A stretch of DNA of 64,000 nucleotides. Origin: Cyanophora paradoxa CCMP329. Taxonomy: Eukaryota > Plantae > Glaucophyta. The position numbers and the translations under genes are program-made. This document shows, piece after piece, positions 1-12,731 of the stretch. The stretch lies in the NCBI GenBank assembly GCA_004431415.1, contig QPMI01000024.1:1-64000 (forward strand). The letters are read 5' to 3'. Within the stretch, counting starts at the first letter, position 1. Each line of letters opens with the position of its first letter. Below the pieces are notes generated by a model that saw only the letters and a program-made list of their open reading frames with translations, was not told the origin of the DNA and made no database searches.

Positions 1-2183
1 AAAAAACCGTGTTCTAACTGGCCTCGAGCTCAGATGTGATCGAGGACGTGGCAAAGGCGAAGCTTCTGCGGAATTCTGTGCATGTCATTTTCGAGGGCTG
101 GGACTACTGGGAGAAATGTGAACACGTGTTTGTATGACGAAGTCAGCGAACAATTTGTCAGCACTCTAGATGTCGCACGCGCATTCACGAAGGCGCTGCG
201 GAACTATCCAGAAGGCCGGTTATCAGTGACCGCATACGAACGCTTTGCCGCCATCTTTCTCCGTGCAGCCGCTGAGGTCAATTTGAAAGGCTCCGCGAGT
301 TGTCCATGTACGATGCGAGCATGCGGGCCAGAGGACCATTGAGTTAACACCGCCTTTCCTGTCAGCTGATCAGGCGGTACGTATGCATCAGATGCACGTA
401 ATATCCCATCAGCGCAGATAGTGTTTACTGACATCGATATCTACTGCAGGACGCGATAGTCAAACTCTCCCGCAACGCTTATCATGCACAGTTCGGAGGA
501 CACAGCGCTCTCGACGCTCAATCCGGAAAGTTGCGAGCGTTGATAGTTGCGTATAAAAGCACTGGTCGACGGTCGAGCGTATCAGCACAATGGCTAACCT
601 CGAAAGTCTCGAGATTCAGGTGCGATTCGGCATTGTTGTTCGGTGTTCGAGTTGCTTACTTCGGCAACGTCAGATCGGCTGCGAGACCCACTTCAAAATT
701 TTGCGACCGCTCCCGATGCTTAAAAATGTTAAATTCATATCGAAGTGCGTATCTGTCATTCGTGCCGGCCATCGTTCACCCACAATTCAGCAGACGCGGA
801 GTTATCCAGCAGAAGACGTGCACAGAGCAATCGGTGTATCTTTCGAAGAAATCCGAGCGAACTTGGAGCAACTCCCGGCGCTCGAACAATGTGATCTGCT
901 TGTACGAGATCTAGGCACTCGCTACCATCAGAATGTAGAAAGCCGAACACTTCACCAAGACAGTTTATGGCCCTCCTTCGTCAATGCGAACGAAAGTTCG
1001 CCTGCTCAGCATCGAAGGCTTCTTTCCACATCCGGCAGAAATCTTGCGGGTTCGCTGTTTCACTCATTCAAATGCGATTCCGTGTTTCTGATCAATGAAA
1101 GAAGGCGCTGTTGGAGTCGGGTCCAAGACTGGCTCATGTTGAACTTAACATCGCTGTGCGTACCAGAGTTGGTCTGGAGGAGCTACGCAAGCCGTCAACA
1201 TGCTCTGCGAACATCAAAATACGCTTTCTCGCTTTATGCTTTTGGAGAGTCGAAATACGAGCGCACGTCATTCCTGGCCCAGGGGCAATTCATAGATACC
1301 AACAAGGTCTACGCGATTTTTTATCCTCTAATTCAACTGCTTTTCTCCACGATCAATAAAATGCAGCGAGGGAATTGGTGCAGTGTGCAGTATGTAAGAT
1401 TATCGAGCTCGCTTGCTAGCGCTACAATATGCCAAGTTACATACTCAGCTAGCTTTTGCTTGCTCGCAACAAATAATACAAGACAAAGTCGCATGTTCGC
1501 ACATGGATCTCTTCTTACTTCATTCCTGACTTCCGCCCTCGGTCTTAAGCGACGATAGTGCTGACGTTGCAGACTTAAGATTGACACATTCACGGTTTCG
1601 ATTTCCTCTCAAGATGGTTGAATTCGTCGAATTCCTTTTGATCTGTCGTGCACGCACGTGAACTGACAGACGTCGGCATGACTATATAATCACCAAATCT
1701 GTCTTTACCATTCGCTTTGACAGCATTCGATCTCACAAATAACAGCATTCTTGAGGCTTTGAAATAGCTTTTCCAGTTGCTGAGAGTTTAACATGAGCAC
1801 ACACTCTTCGGAGGCGACCGGTTGGTTATATCAGCGATCTCCTTTTCGATTACAGAACTGACCTGGAATTCGAGCATTTCAGAGAGTTGACCATCAGTGA
1901 TGCGGCCACGGTCACATTAGCTGATAGCGCCATCACAATCACTTCGAAGCTGCGCATAATGTTCCGCTGGTTGTCGTGCTGTACATGCACTCGTTCGCAC
2001 AGACGTCCGACGGTCAAGGAAAACTCATCACTACTATTTGATTCGCACCATCAACTTGTGAAATGTGAAGGGAAGCCCGTACGTGAAATCAAGCGCGTGT
2101 TCAAACTGTTTCTAAAAGTGCGAGCGTTCAAACCGTGTTATGAAGAATACTTTTCGCCGAGTCGTAGATCTAGAGTGGAGTAG
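1..2183 (+). CDS. 3' part of an intron-containing hypothetical protein, possibly LRR-like (fragmented)
   Basis: Coding-looking segments (e.g. EEIRANLEQLPALEQCDLLV, SISELTISDAATVTL) separated by GT...AG intron-like stretches; Leu spacing resembles RNI-like repeats; exon structure not fully resolved. Confidence 0.3.
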
Positions 2184-2788
2184 TGTTCGCACCAGTGCTC
2201 ACTGTTTAGCAAGCTTAAGGCCTTTTTTCGCTGGAGTTCCTGTGCCGAAGTTTGCCTTTTGCTCGCACGCTCGCCATTGATCTCCTCCGCGCCCGCTTCA
2301 CCGTCGTGCACTGCGCATGCGCATGCGTGGCCGGTTAGCTTAGCCAGCAGCTTATCCGCTGGCGCTGAGTGCGACGCACCTTATCTTCAGAGCTTTGATT
2401 CGACTGCGATACCAGGCGGCCATGGGTCTTCAAGCTGCGACATACTTAAAGCTTGTAATACGCGTTTCCGAGTAAAACGACGGCTTCCCGCGCAAATCCG
2501 TAGCTCGTACCCTTCCCCATTTAGAACCCCTAACCGTATCCTTACCGTACCCCTCTGAGAAATTTCAAACTTGCGATGCAGCGTAGACGAAGGAAACGCT
2601 CGTGCGTCGTATAATATTGGCGTGGGTGCGTTTATCGTGCCTTGATTGTTGTCCTCTGCGCGCGCAGGGACGAGAGTCTGGATCTGGCCGCTGACTCTGG
2701 GAAGACACCAAAACGTGCTGGGCGACAAATGCGCAGCTGCAGTGCGCATGCACGTTGACGCGCATTCGCGACCAAATCGGCTCACATA

Positions 2789-5008
2789 ATGCAGGGAATC
2801 GGCTGCAGTATGGAGCCTGCGGCGGGATTCGAACTACACATGGATCTACTAAAGACGTCGCCACCGGTACCAGAAGTAGATGAGCGGTACGCATATTCAT
2901 TGGAGGCAAAGCAAGCGAAAGAACCCCTCTCTAACATCGCCGCACAGGCTCGAATCGACAAGAAAGGCAACCATAACGATAAATGATCTTCCAGACGATG
3001 CCATCGCCATAATTGCCAGCATGGTTCCTAATGAACGCCTCGAGTCCGTGCGAGCTCTGTGGAGTAGCAGCCGCGCTTCTACAGGATTCTCGTGGAACAG
3101 GCAATGGCTTGAAGCGCGTCCGCACCGCGACCATCTTTCTTGACACAATTCCGGCTCTCCTGCTTGAAAGGGTGTGATTCGCGCGAAGTGGATCCTAGAG
3201 CATGGCGTAGCATCAAATTCGCTTCCTCCAGCTTTGCCTCGGAATTATGGAAGCAGCCAAAGACGTTTAAGAAACTTGCAATCTCCTGGACAGCATACAG
3301 CGTTTCTTTGAGAAGCCCAAGCGGTGCCTAGAATCTGCACAGGGTGTGTTCCGACGACCTTGAGGCCATTCATTTGACTGGGTCACCTTATCTTGAAGAC
3401 GGCGCCTCGCCGTCTTATTCTGGACGACAAGGCAAGCGCAAGCCTTCGCGCACACCGTGAAACGGAGGAAATAGCCAGCATCGAGCCGTATCGAACTCTG
3501 TTACCAACGCAGTATTCGGGGCCCGTTCAGTAAGTCCAAATTCGCTACGTATTCGTTTACGTAATCCATTCAGAACCAGAAGCTGACAAACAGTTTTTTC
3601 ATAATTTGCAGCTTTCGTGACTGCGGGCCTGATGACACGTCATTTGGACGGTCGAGAGCTATGTGTCGACCAAGAAACCATCATGTTTCAAGAAGCTGCG
3701 GGTTCCTTCTCCTACTGGCTTTCAGTGCCAAGAAAGTCATCATCAAAGGATGTCTAACAAGCGAAGGCCTAGAGCTGAAAACCCAGACTCTTTCGTCAGC
3801 GCCCGCGTCCATGATTTCAATGTGCACGACCTGCCACTATTTATATTCGAGCAGCCTGATTTGGATTGCAGATATCTGACGAGCCTCGGACATCCAAAAT
3901 GACTCGTCAATGGCCCCACCGCGGCCGGCATCTCTGGTATTGCATCATACGGCGGGGAATGCACGGAGGAGCTCCATGTCGAATTCACAGCAACTCGCAT
4001 CGCCCAGCTTCGCATCCAGTCGTCCAGTTCTTCTGCTCTCCGACTCGTGCTGTCTCAAACATATTTCGTTCATCAATTGCATCATTAAGAGCGACAGCAC
4101 GAATATAAATAAGATGGAACGGTATCTAAGCAATTTCACGCAAACGTTGCGCTTCACGCTGAGGACGGGCGTGATTACGAGCAAATCTTATCAGCAGCGC
4201 GGAAGTGTCAATCTCTTATCACGCTGGACTGGTGGCATGCACAGTTCACATGCAACCGTGGCACAGCTCCGTAAATTATCACCGAATCGTCTCGCGAACT
4301 CGCAAAGACATACGATTCAGCAGCCTTCGCGAGCTGATCCTTCCGCTTGCACCTCTGACGCTCATGGAGCACAAGTCTTACGTGTCGAGCGCAACTGGCT
4401 GGTCACCTCCATCACGAAGATCGCTTCGCAGTGCTCATCTCTGGAAACCTCCGCCTGTTGGAGTGACTGGCTATGAACAGCGAACAGATGCAATGCGCGC
4501 AATCCAGAATATGTTGCTCAGTGTGTGGTCGGGCGTTCGAGAAGGCCATCCTTAGAAAAGCTGCATCTTGTAGATATCTACTTGCGCAACGAAGTTGTCT
4601 TCGACCGGGCACTTGGAGAGAGAATAAGGTGTATTGTTAACCTCCTCGCACAGCTACATGAGCTTAATAAGAAGGTTCGTCTGCACCTCTCTTTCGCAGA
4701 CGTTCTTTTTGCAGTTTCCAGATTGTGGTGCCATAAATGAGCTTCCTGCTGCGCAGATGCACTCATGATTTCTGGTGCTCAACCGATGTCAACTACGACG
4801 CAACGCGTGCCTAGGAACACTCAACCAGCAATTGCAAGCGACGTCCTTCGACGTTCTTGAAACAGCGCTTGCGTCACTTCTCGATCATGTGCGCCAGAAG
4901 AACGCTCTGATCAAAGCACAGAGCGATAATGTCGACAATGAGATCAAGACGATAAAAAATCGTATCTTAGAGATGCAGTCCCTCTCGAAATGCATTATTA
5001 TCGTGTAA
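2789..5008 (+). CDS. F-box protein with probable LRR-like C-terminal region (multi-exon, frameshifted)
   Basis: TITINDLPDDAIAIIASMV at ~2960-3030 matches the F-box start consensus (LxxLPxxxxxxI); later exons such as LEKLHLVDIYL are LRR-like; ends in a coiled-coil-like exon (stop 5008). Confidence 0.55.
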
Positions 5009-5112
5009 TCGATCATGCAATTGTCAATCATTTCAGCTAGACAGTCACTCGAAGTGAACAATTCATACATGAGAGCACGAACATGCAAACGCAATTCCAG
5101 CCACGGCCATGG

Positions 5113-5742
5113 CTAGTCAAGCTCTATCACTGCGTCCGGATCCGCCAGGAAAGGTACATGCTCGACGGCCGGATCAACTGTATTCCTCGTAATGTAAAAC
5201 AGATCATCCGGGGATGGCCCCTGCGCCCTTGACGCCTGTGCACGCGCACCCGTGAATTCGCGAGATCCGCAGCAGAAATCACCGTACGTATACGACGCAA
5301 AGATCGCTTGCACCAACGACTGGAAGGTTCGGCTTGCTGGGTCGTACCAATGCACCGCCAGAGTGCCGCGGTCATCCACATGCGTACTGCAGTGCAGCTC
5401 AAGAACGCCAGGTCCAGTAGCTCGCTCTTCACGCATTCGAGTCCGAAGCACGGATCGTGACTCGCACAGGCCCTGCGCATGCGCTGTTGAGATCACGGCA
5501 CACTAGCAGAAGCAACGATGCAACCGGGCATGCACCTGTCATTGAAGTGACGCGTAGCGGGCAGGCCGGCAGTCGCCGAGAACGCGCACCTCGACAGTTT
5601 AGAGCTGCCCTCGTTCTCGGGCACCTGCTTCTTTGACGGGTCGGGCTCCGGCTCTGACTTCCGCTTTCTTGAAGCTTTGGTAGGCATTTTCTTCTGAGGA
5701 ATCGATCCGTTGTACTTCGCGCCTTTTGTTTGTCTTCGCCAT
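5113..5742 (-). CDS. H3-tail-mimic / beta-grasp family gene, copy A
   Basis: Restoring two 1-bp deletions gives MAKTKQKARKYNGSIPQKKMPTKASRK, similar to H3 [28 protein letters not shown]. Shares the ENEGSS, HWYDPASRTFQSL and GPSPDDLFY motifs and both intron positions with the other copies; ends VIELD. Confidence 0.6.
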
Positions 5743-5839
5743 TAGAGCGAGCGCGCCTCGAAACTTCGAGAGTCGCTAGATCCTGTCGGAAACTGGAAAC
5801 TGGGGAGTCGCGCTCCTCGAGCTCGCGCCGCGCTGCCTT

Positions 5840-6908
5840 GTGCAGACGCTAGATTGCTGGATCTTGGTCTCGTCCGGGACGGCCCGGACGGCCGGGATGG
5901 GACTAGTGGGGTACACGTGCGCTCAATGCCGCCAGCAAGTCTCGAAGCTTTCAGGCGGTGACCGGTGGTCGGAGATCGAGCTAGAGCGCGTAAAACAGCT
6001 AGCCGGAGGCTTAGCCATCGCCGGCAGCCTCGCTGACGTGGACTCGGGCGCCGCGTGGCCTGTCATGATCAACGGCGCTGAACGTTGAACGTTGATAGAT
6101 ATAGCCGTCGACTTCGGCATTCGTGAATGTGCACGCCGCTTCGTGCTCTGCCTTTACAGTTCGCCGCTGGAACTCATGCGGCTTGTTCCCTGCAGGCCTA
6201 GGTCGTCCGTTCTCCGGATCCTCGCAGATGGCCTCCGCGAAGGCAGCGAAGCGCCGGCGGATATGCAATGTGATGATTCAGATCCGAAGCCCTCTCCTGT
6301 AGTTTAAAGAAGCGCATACGGCGGCAAAGACAGCTGCAGTGTGGTGACCAGAGCCCTCTTCTGAGTTGGAGGAGCTGGGCACAGTCAAGCGCGGCCGAAG
6401 ATCGTTAGCGCAGATCTAGTTCGGCATCAGCTCAGCTTCAGCTGCAGCCGGGATTTGTGGCTGTCATCGAGCGCAATCGAGAGCGCGCTCGTTTGCATCC
6501 GCGCGGCGGCGGCCAAGGAGCAGTCACACAGAATTGGTTCATCGCACATCGCTCGCCTCCACGACGCTGAATCTACATAGAAGCGTTACTCGAGCACTTG
6601 AATGGCACCAGCACACGCGCTCTCGTCCCGTCAACAACCGACGACACTGGACACTCTTGGTTATCGACGGCAAGGTCTGCAGATACTACGACAGCATGGC
6701 GCGAAGGCTCCGCGCAAGCTCGCAAGAATTCTCTTGAAACATGAAATTGACGTCATCCAATCGGTACAGCGAGCAGTGCAGCATGACGGCCATCAGGTTA
6801 GTGCTGTTTTCACTCCCGCCGTGGCCAGTGGCAACGGCTGACCACGCTCGCTAGTGCGGGATCTGGTTGCTGGACTTCGCAGAGCGCGAAATGCGAGGCA
6901 ACCTCTAG
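5840..6908 (+). CDS. Ulp1/SENP-like cysteine protease (peptidase C48), frameshifted, with introns
   Basis: WLSSSAIESAL, PVNNRRHWTLLVID (His 6645), YYDSM, QHDGHQ|intron|CGIWLL (Cys 6855): His-Asp-Cys triad and oxyanion Gln in C48 order. The 5' start is uncertain. Confidence 0.8.
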
Positions 6909-7085
6909 ATCTAGATTAGATGGAGACTACATAGAGCGCCGTAGGAGAGAATTGAGGCGCTCGTGTGCACTACAGCGCTGGCAATTAGGCGCTCCTGTTG
7001 TATCCGTGCGCCGCGTATACGTATAATACATCCGCGTATTTTGGCTACGAAATCCGGACTAGGGAAGGGATGCCGGCACTTGCAA

Positions 7086-7682
7086 CTATTCCTGATTGAT
7101 CGCCAGGAAAGGTACATGCTCGACTTCCGGATGATATCCCTCTCGCGACGTAATACAGATCTCCCGGGATGGCCCGGACTCGACGCCTGTGCACGCGCAC
7201 CGTGAATTCGCGAGATCCGCATCAGAAATCACCGTAAGACGCAACAATCGCTTGCACCGGAAGCTCGAAGTACCAGCCTGCTTGGTCGTACCGAGATCGA
7301 TACAGCACCAGCTCTCGAGGTGCACATGCGTACTGCAGTGCAGCTCCTCGAACGCCAGGTCAGTAGCTCGCTCTTCCACGCATTCGAGTCCGAAGCACGG
7401 ATCGTGACTCGCACAGGCCTGCGCATGCGCTGTTGAGTTCACGGCACACTGGCAGAGCAACGGTGAATCGGTGTACATTTGCACCTGTCATTGCAGTGAC
7501 GCGTAGCGGGGCAGGCCGGCAGTCGCCGAGAATGTGTACGTCAACAAAGCTGCCTTCGTTCTCGGGCCGCGGTCGTGGCGCGTAAAGAGCATTCAGTGCT
7601 TCCGACTCCGCGACCTGCTCCGCTGTCGGCGGCCGCGGCCGCTGTGCGAGGTTCTTTCGAGGAGCTTTTCCGCTGTAGACAT
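7086..7682 (-). CDS. H3-tail-mimic / beta-grasp family gene, copy B
   Basis: GKAPRKNLA is read directly (H3 GKAPRKQLA); one restored G gives [13 protein letters not shown]. Followed by PTAEQVAESEAL, VDVHILGDCRP and the family's two introns. Confidence 0.65.
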
Positions 7683-7949
7683 ACGCGCTCTCTCTTTCAC
7701 TTCGCCATCCAGCAGCTTCGAGTTGTGGCAGCACTGCACGCCAAGCCGCTTTTTTTGCCGGCCGCGGTAAGTTCGGCACTCCCCCCTTCTCTTCCCCCCT
7801 CCTTCCTCTATGACCGTGGCCTGAGTATGCACTGTGTGGAAGCTTCCGATTAAATCGTATTTGAACAGCAGGTTCAGTGCAATACTGAAATTCAATTGTG
7901 ATTTAAACGAAGATCACACGTCTAAATATTGAGCACGCCTTCGAACAGC

Positions 7950-10330
7950 GCTGGAATTCAGCATCCTCCAGGTCGTCGATTTTTGCTGATCACAATATCA
8001 GCATCGGAGTAAATAAAAATGCATCCGAGGGGAACCGCATACCTCGCAGTGTCGCAATTTCAGCTGACATTTACAAAGAATCGCGAACGAGGTGTAAACA
8101 TAAATGTACCGCGACGTTCATAAAATCATCGGGAGGAAAACCGCCGTACCACGAAGCGTCGTGACTTCATCTAAGATACCCATACTCAAGGCCGGAAATG
8201 AATGTACCGCGAAGGAGTGAGATAGCGTACACGAAGAGCTTCTTCTGAGATTGGAGACCCGCATTCATAGCTGCAGTCATTATCAGTCACTCAGAAATCC
8301 CAATTCCGAGAAAACGGCGAAGTGGAAACCGGTCAGCCGCTGCAGTTGCGCTTGGGAGCTGCATTCACAGCTACACGCACGGAAACGGTCAAATCGAGAC
8401 CTAAATCGAAAAGCAGTCTAAAAAAACACCATTGGTCCGCTGCAGCTGGGCGACCAGGGAAGCATTCTCATTCTGGATGCCTGCAGACGTTTCAAACGAA
8501 GAATGAAAGAAGGCGCCCCCGAGCAATTTGACCTTTCAGCCACTGCAGTTGGGCGACCAGGGAAGCATTCTCATTCTGGACGCCTGCAGACGTTTCAAGA
8601 GGAGACTGGAAGAAGGCGCCCTGAGCGATTCGACCTTGCAGCCGCTGCAGTTGGGCGAGCAGGGAAGCATTCTCATTCTGGATGCCTGCAGACGTTTCGA
8701 ACGAAGAATGAAAGAAGGCGCCCTGAGCGATTTGACCTTGCAGCCGTTGCAGCTGGGCGAGCAGGAAGCATTCTCATTCTGGACGCTGCAGACGTTTCAA
8801 AAGAAGAATGAACGAAGGCGCCCTGAGCGATTTGACCTTGCAGCCGTTGCAGCTGGCGAGCAGGGAAGCATTTTCATGCTGGACGCCTGCAGACGTTTCA
8901 AAAGAAGAATGAACGAAGGCGCCCCTGAGCGATTCGACTTGCAGCCGTTGCAGCTGGGCGAGCAGGGAAGCATTCTCATTCTGGAGGCCTGCAGACGTTT
9001 CAAAAGAAGAATGAACGAAGGCGCCCTGAGCGATTCGACCTTGCAGCCGCTGCAGCTGGGCGACCAGGAAAGCGTTTCCTTGCAGCCGCTGCAGTCGGGG
9101 CTGCAGCGGGGGATTACGCGCGGATACTAATTAACTGAAAGCAGTTATAGCTGAACGCAAAAAAGGCATTTACCGTCGACGCGCTCTTTCGCTTGTCGAA
9201 GTAAGGCGTTATCATCCTGAAGTGATTTCACCTGCTGCTGCAAGCATCGAATCTCCTCCGGATCCCGAAGTTCGGCATTCTGAGAACCGGTACTGCGAGC
9301 CGGAATTCAACTTATCCGAGGATAGATAGACTGTCTTTCATCGTGTCACCAGTGTGTTTGTGACAGCCTCCATAGGTTGAAGACCATTCCGACTGGAGAT
9401 TTGAGGCACCTTGCGCTGGGACGAATGAAATGGGAGGGAAAGGTTTGTTCGAAGCATCCTTTTCTTTTTGCATCGAAGGTGTCAGTGTCGGAGCGGATGC
9501 ATCTTTTCCACCGTCGACGCATTCAGACTTGCTCAGCTCCAGAGCAACACGTGCATCCTGCGATTATAATTAACAGCAGAACAGCCGGGTTGAAAAAGCA
9601 GAAGTAAAGCAAGCTCACCTCTTTATCACAGACGTCGAGGACAAACTCCTGCTCGTCTCCGGATACTAAACGATAGCGGAAGTTTGCGAGAGCGATAGAT
9701 AGTGATAGCGAAAACTTTGCAGAAGTCAGCTTCAACCCACCTTTTTAAAATGACTTTGATAATCCGATGCCTGTTTCCAATTCCCGAAAAGCGAAGGCCA
9801 GCCTCGTCTCGTCCACTTCGGCGCTGTCCCAGCCAGTCCGAAGAATCTGAAATCCTCAGGTTTCTCGAACGCCTTACGCAAAAATTCCGTAGAAAGATCC
9901 TGGATTCCGGATTTGAGACCTTTTTGTCTTCTGTCTTTCTGCAAGGTTCCGTCCAGCTTCGCTGCGGTGGCTAGGTCGTCGATTTCGATCGCCCGAAGTG
10001 ACGGCCACTGGATATCAAGAGTTTTACGAATCCTTTCGACGTGCTCCGTGCTGTTACTCCACACCCGCAGTAGACGATGCTTGGATCAAACAGAGGCACC
10101 AAAGTTGCTCTGTGGTTGTCCGATGCGAGGAAGGTACTGTCAATGCATATCCGGAAATTGGGTGACGCGATTCCAAGGAACGATATTCCCTGCTCCTTCG
10201 GCGAACCGAAAAGCCACTTCGGACGAATGAAGAGCGGAGTGTTCTTCGAATCCAAAAGGAGGGCTCTGAACGTGTTCTCAACCTGTTGCACACTCAGCTG
10301 CAAGTCCACGTGCATTCACACAGCACAGGC
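7950..10330 (-). CDS. Multi-exon hypothetical protein with coiled-coil repeats
   Basis: Minus-strand exons (MHVDLQLSVQQVENTF..., TEHVERIRKTLDIQW..., CLQQQVKSLQDDNALLRQAKERVD) lead into the 102-bp repeat array. No family recognised; ends approximate. Confidence 0.4.
8440..9095 (-). repeat. ~6.5 tandem copies of a 102-bp unit (51-nt exon + 51-nt intron on the minus strand)
   Basis: GGGCGA(C/G)CAGGGAAGCATTCTCATTCTGGA recurs about every 102 bp (8448, 8551, 8653, 8755, 8855, 8956). On the minus strand each unit reads GLQNENASLLAQLQRLQ plus gtcgaatc...tctgcag. Confidence 0.85.
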
Positions 10331-10698
10331 ACGGGCGCACATCTGCAAGTGCGTGGGCTCGAGTGAACAGCCTTTGCGTGTGCATTACTGCGGGAGCTTC
10401 TCGCTTCTCCCCAAGTACCCGCTTGAGCTCGGAGTTGCAAGAGGTTTCGGCGAGGTTTCGACCTGCGTGTGCCGCGCTGCGTTCAAATGGTTGATTCCAC
10501 GGATCTGCAGGTTTGCCTACCTCTACTTGTGAGAACCGGAGCTTTAAACCCGAGGTGCTCCGCTGCAGGGCGCTCCGGACGAGGTTTTGACCTGCGTATG
10601 CGGCAGTGCGTTCAAATGGTTGATTCCACGGTTCGGGCGGGTTTGCATACCTCTAAATTTGCGTACTGGAGCTTTCCTCGCGTCTTCGCTCCAAGTGT

Positions 10699-10800
10699 CC
10701 CCGGCGACTTTGCCCCGGCGACTTTGCCCGGGGGGAACTACTTTGCCGGGGGGTACCCGTCCGACCACTGCACCAGCAAGGCTCCAAAAGCGGCACCCAG
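10699..10800. promoter_or_regulatory. Conserved GC-rich element with tandem 14-bp CCCCGGCGACTTTG units (copy 1)
   Basis: Same motif block recurs at ~13990, ~17470 and ~20150, each time next to the 5' end of a minus-strand gene; function inferred from position only. Confidence 0.5.
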
Positions 10801-10900
10801 CAGATTGAGTAGATCGAGTCTGGCGCTCATGATTTCATGCCTGCGCATGCCTGCGCGCAGTAGATCACGGTGCGCCTGCGCATTCCTGCGGATTTCGAAC

Positions 10901-11532
10901 ATGCAGCGCGGCGACGAAGCAGCAGCAAGCAGCAAGCAGCTCGCTTCCAAAGCTTCACGGAAGTCAGCAGCGACAGAGTCCCGACAGCCGACAGCAGAGC
11001 AGATCGCAGAGTCGGAAGCGCTGATTGCTCTATTCACGCCGCGACCGCGGCTCGAGAACGAGGGCAGCTCTATCGAGGTTCGCGTTCTCGGTGACTGCCG
11101 GCCTTCCCCGCTACGCGTCACTTCAATGACAGGTCCAACCCGGTTGCATCTTCGCCTCGCAACAGCCCTAATCGCAACAGCGCAGGGCCTGTGCGAGTCA
11201 CGATAGATATTTCAAACTTTCGAATGTCGTGGCAGAGAGTTCTTCGGGCCCGTGCGTACATGGACCTGAACTGTCATGCGTACGTAATCGATTTCCGCAC
11301 TTTGGATCTGTATCGGTATGACCCAGCTAGCCGGTGCTTCGAGCCGCTGGTGCAAGCGATCTTTGCTTCTTACCTCGATTTCTGATCCGGTATTCGCGAA
11401 TTCACGCGAACATGTGCACAGGCGTCGAGTCCGCTGGGGCCATTCGCGGATGACCTGGTCTACGTGGCGAGGAATTCGGTAATACCGGATGTCGAGCACG
11501 CGCCCTTCCTGGCGACCGTTTCCGGATCCTAG
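10901..11532 (+). CDS. H3-tail-mimic / beta-grasp family gene, copy C
   Basis: MQRGDEAAASSKQLASKASRKSAAT (H3 [15 protein letters not shown]), then PTAEQIAESE, SIEVRVLGDCRP, LYRYDPASRCFEPL; two introns. Confidence 0.7.
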
Positions 11533-11860
11533 CCAGTGCCAAGGCCCCTAGCGGCCCGACAGCTGCATCTTATTGGAATTCATGGCCGCCGACGCCATGC
11601 ACGATATTTGAACAGGGAATGCTGTACTTCGTTTTGTCAATTCGAATTTTCGTCGCGATTTAATGTATCGGCATTGATTTCGCGAAGGTCGCGAAGCGCT
11701 TCATCCACGGACGGATGAAGAGGATCGCGAACGCGGAAACCACCATCACAGAGCTGAATCGCGAACGAAGTCACGGTCAGTATGCCCAGGGGGTAATCCC
11801 ACCGGGGGGTAAACATTAAGGCATTGGGGTTAACGTTGCGGCCGCGCATCTCTAGAAGCA

Positions 11861-12499
11861 ATGTCAAGCAAAGCTCCCGCAAAGTTCTCGGCACTAGACC
11901 CAGACCAAAGAAAGCACCGCCTACTTCACGATTCGTACCCGATCCAGAGCCAACAGCGGAGCAGGTCGCAGAGTCGGAAGCGCTGATTGCTCTATACACG
12001 CCGCGACGTTTACCGCGGCTCGAGAACGAGCTCGAGGGCAGCTCTGTCGAGGTGCGCGTTCTCGGGACTGCCGCCCTTCTCGGCCACGCGTCACTGAAAT
12101 GACAGGTGCACATGTGTCCGGTTCATCGTTGCTCTGCCAGTGCGCCCTAATTGCAACCGCGCAGGGCCTGTGCGAATCAAGCTGTATGTTTCAAAGACGT
12201 GGGAGAAAGATCTTCTGGCCCAAGCGTACCGGGAATTGCGCTGCACACCGGTGCCCATTGATCGCCGCGAGCTGTCGCTCTATCGGTACGACCCAGCTAG
12301 CCGGTGCTTCGAGCCGCTGGTGCAAGCGATCTTTGCTTCTTACCTCGATTTCTGATGCGGCATTCCCGAATTCACGCGTGCATGTGCACAGGCGTCGAGT
12401 CCAGGGCCATCCCCGGATGACCTGTTCTACGTGGCAATGAAGGAAATCATCCCGGAAGTCGAGCATGCACCCTTCCTGGCAACCGTTACAGGATCCTAG
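11861..12499 (+). CDS. H3-tail-mimic / beta-grasp family gene, copy D
   Basis: One restored C gives MSSKAPRKVLGT. Introns at 12106-12164 and 12320-12391 (GT...GCAG/ACAG, branch CTAAT/CTGAT). Spliced product ...MTG|PVRIKLYVSKTWEKDLLAQAYRELRC...LYRYDPASRCFEPL|ASSPGPSPDDLFYVA. Confidence 0.7.
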
Positions 12500-12731
12500 C
12501 CAGTGTCAAGGCCCCTAGCGGTCCGACAGCTGCATCTTATTCGAATTGCACGCCGGCGCCATGCACGCTAGCGGTGGCCGCCGGCGCCATGCAAGCTAGC
12601 CGAACAGAGATTCTTGTGCACAGAGATTGGTAGCAGTATTGTCTTCTCGAATTCGAATTCAGAGCGCCTTGGGGCATGGCTGCCGCGGCCGCGATCGCAT
12701 AAATCGAAGAGTTGGAATTCTCCAGAGAACT

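Noticed and set aside
6695-6725. KAPRKLA inside the Ulp1 gene as another H3 mimic
   Set aside because: Lies within the catalytic domain across a frameshift; short and probably coincidental.
8440-9095. CRISPR-like array
   Set aside because: Entire units repeat with no unique spacers; eukaryotic context and no cas genes.
12320-12391. Conserved in-frame TGA (SYLDF*CG) aligning with TGC in copy A, suggesting selenocysteine or readthrough
   Set aside because: The TGA lies in a 72-nt GT...ACAG intron and forms its CTGAT branch point; splicing explains it more simply.
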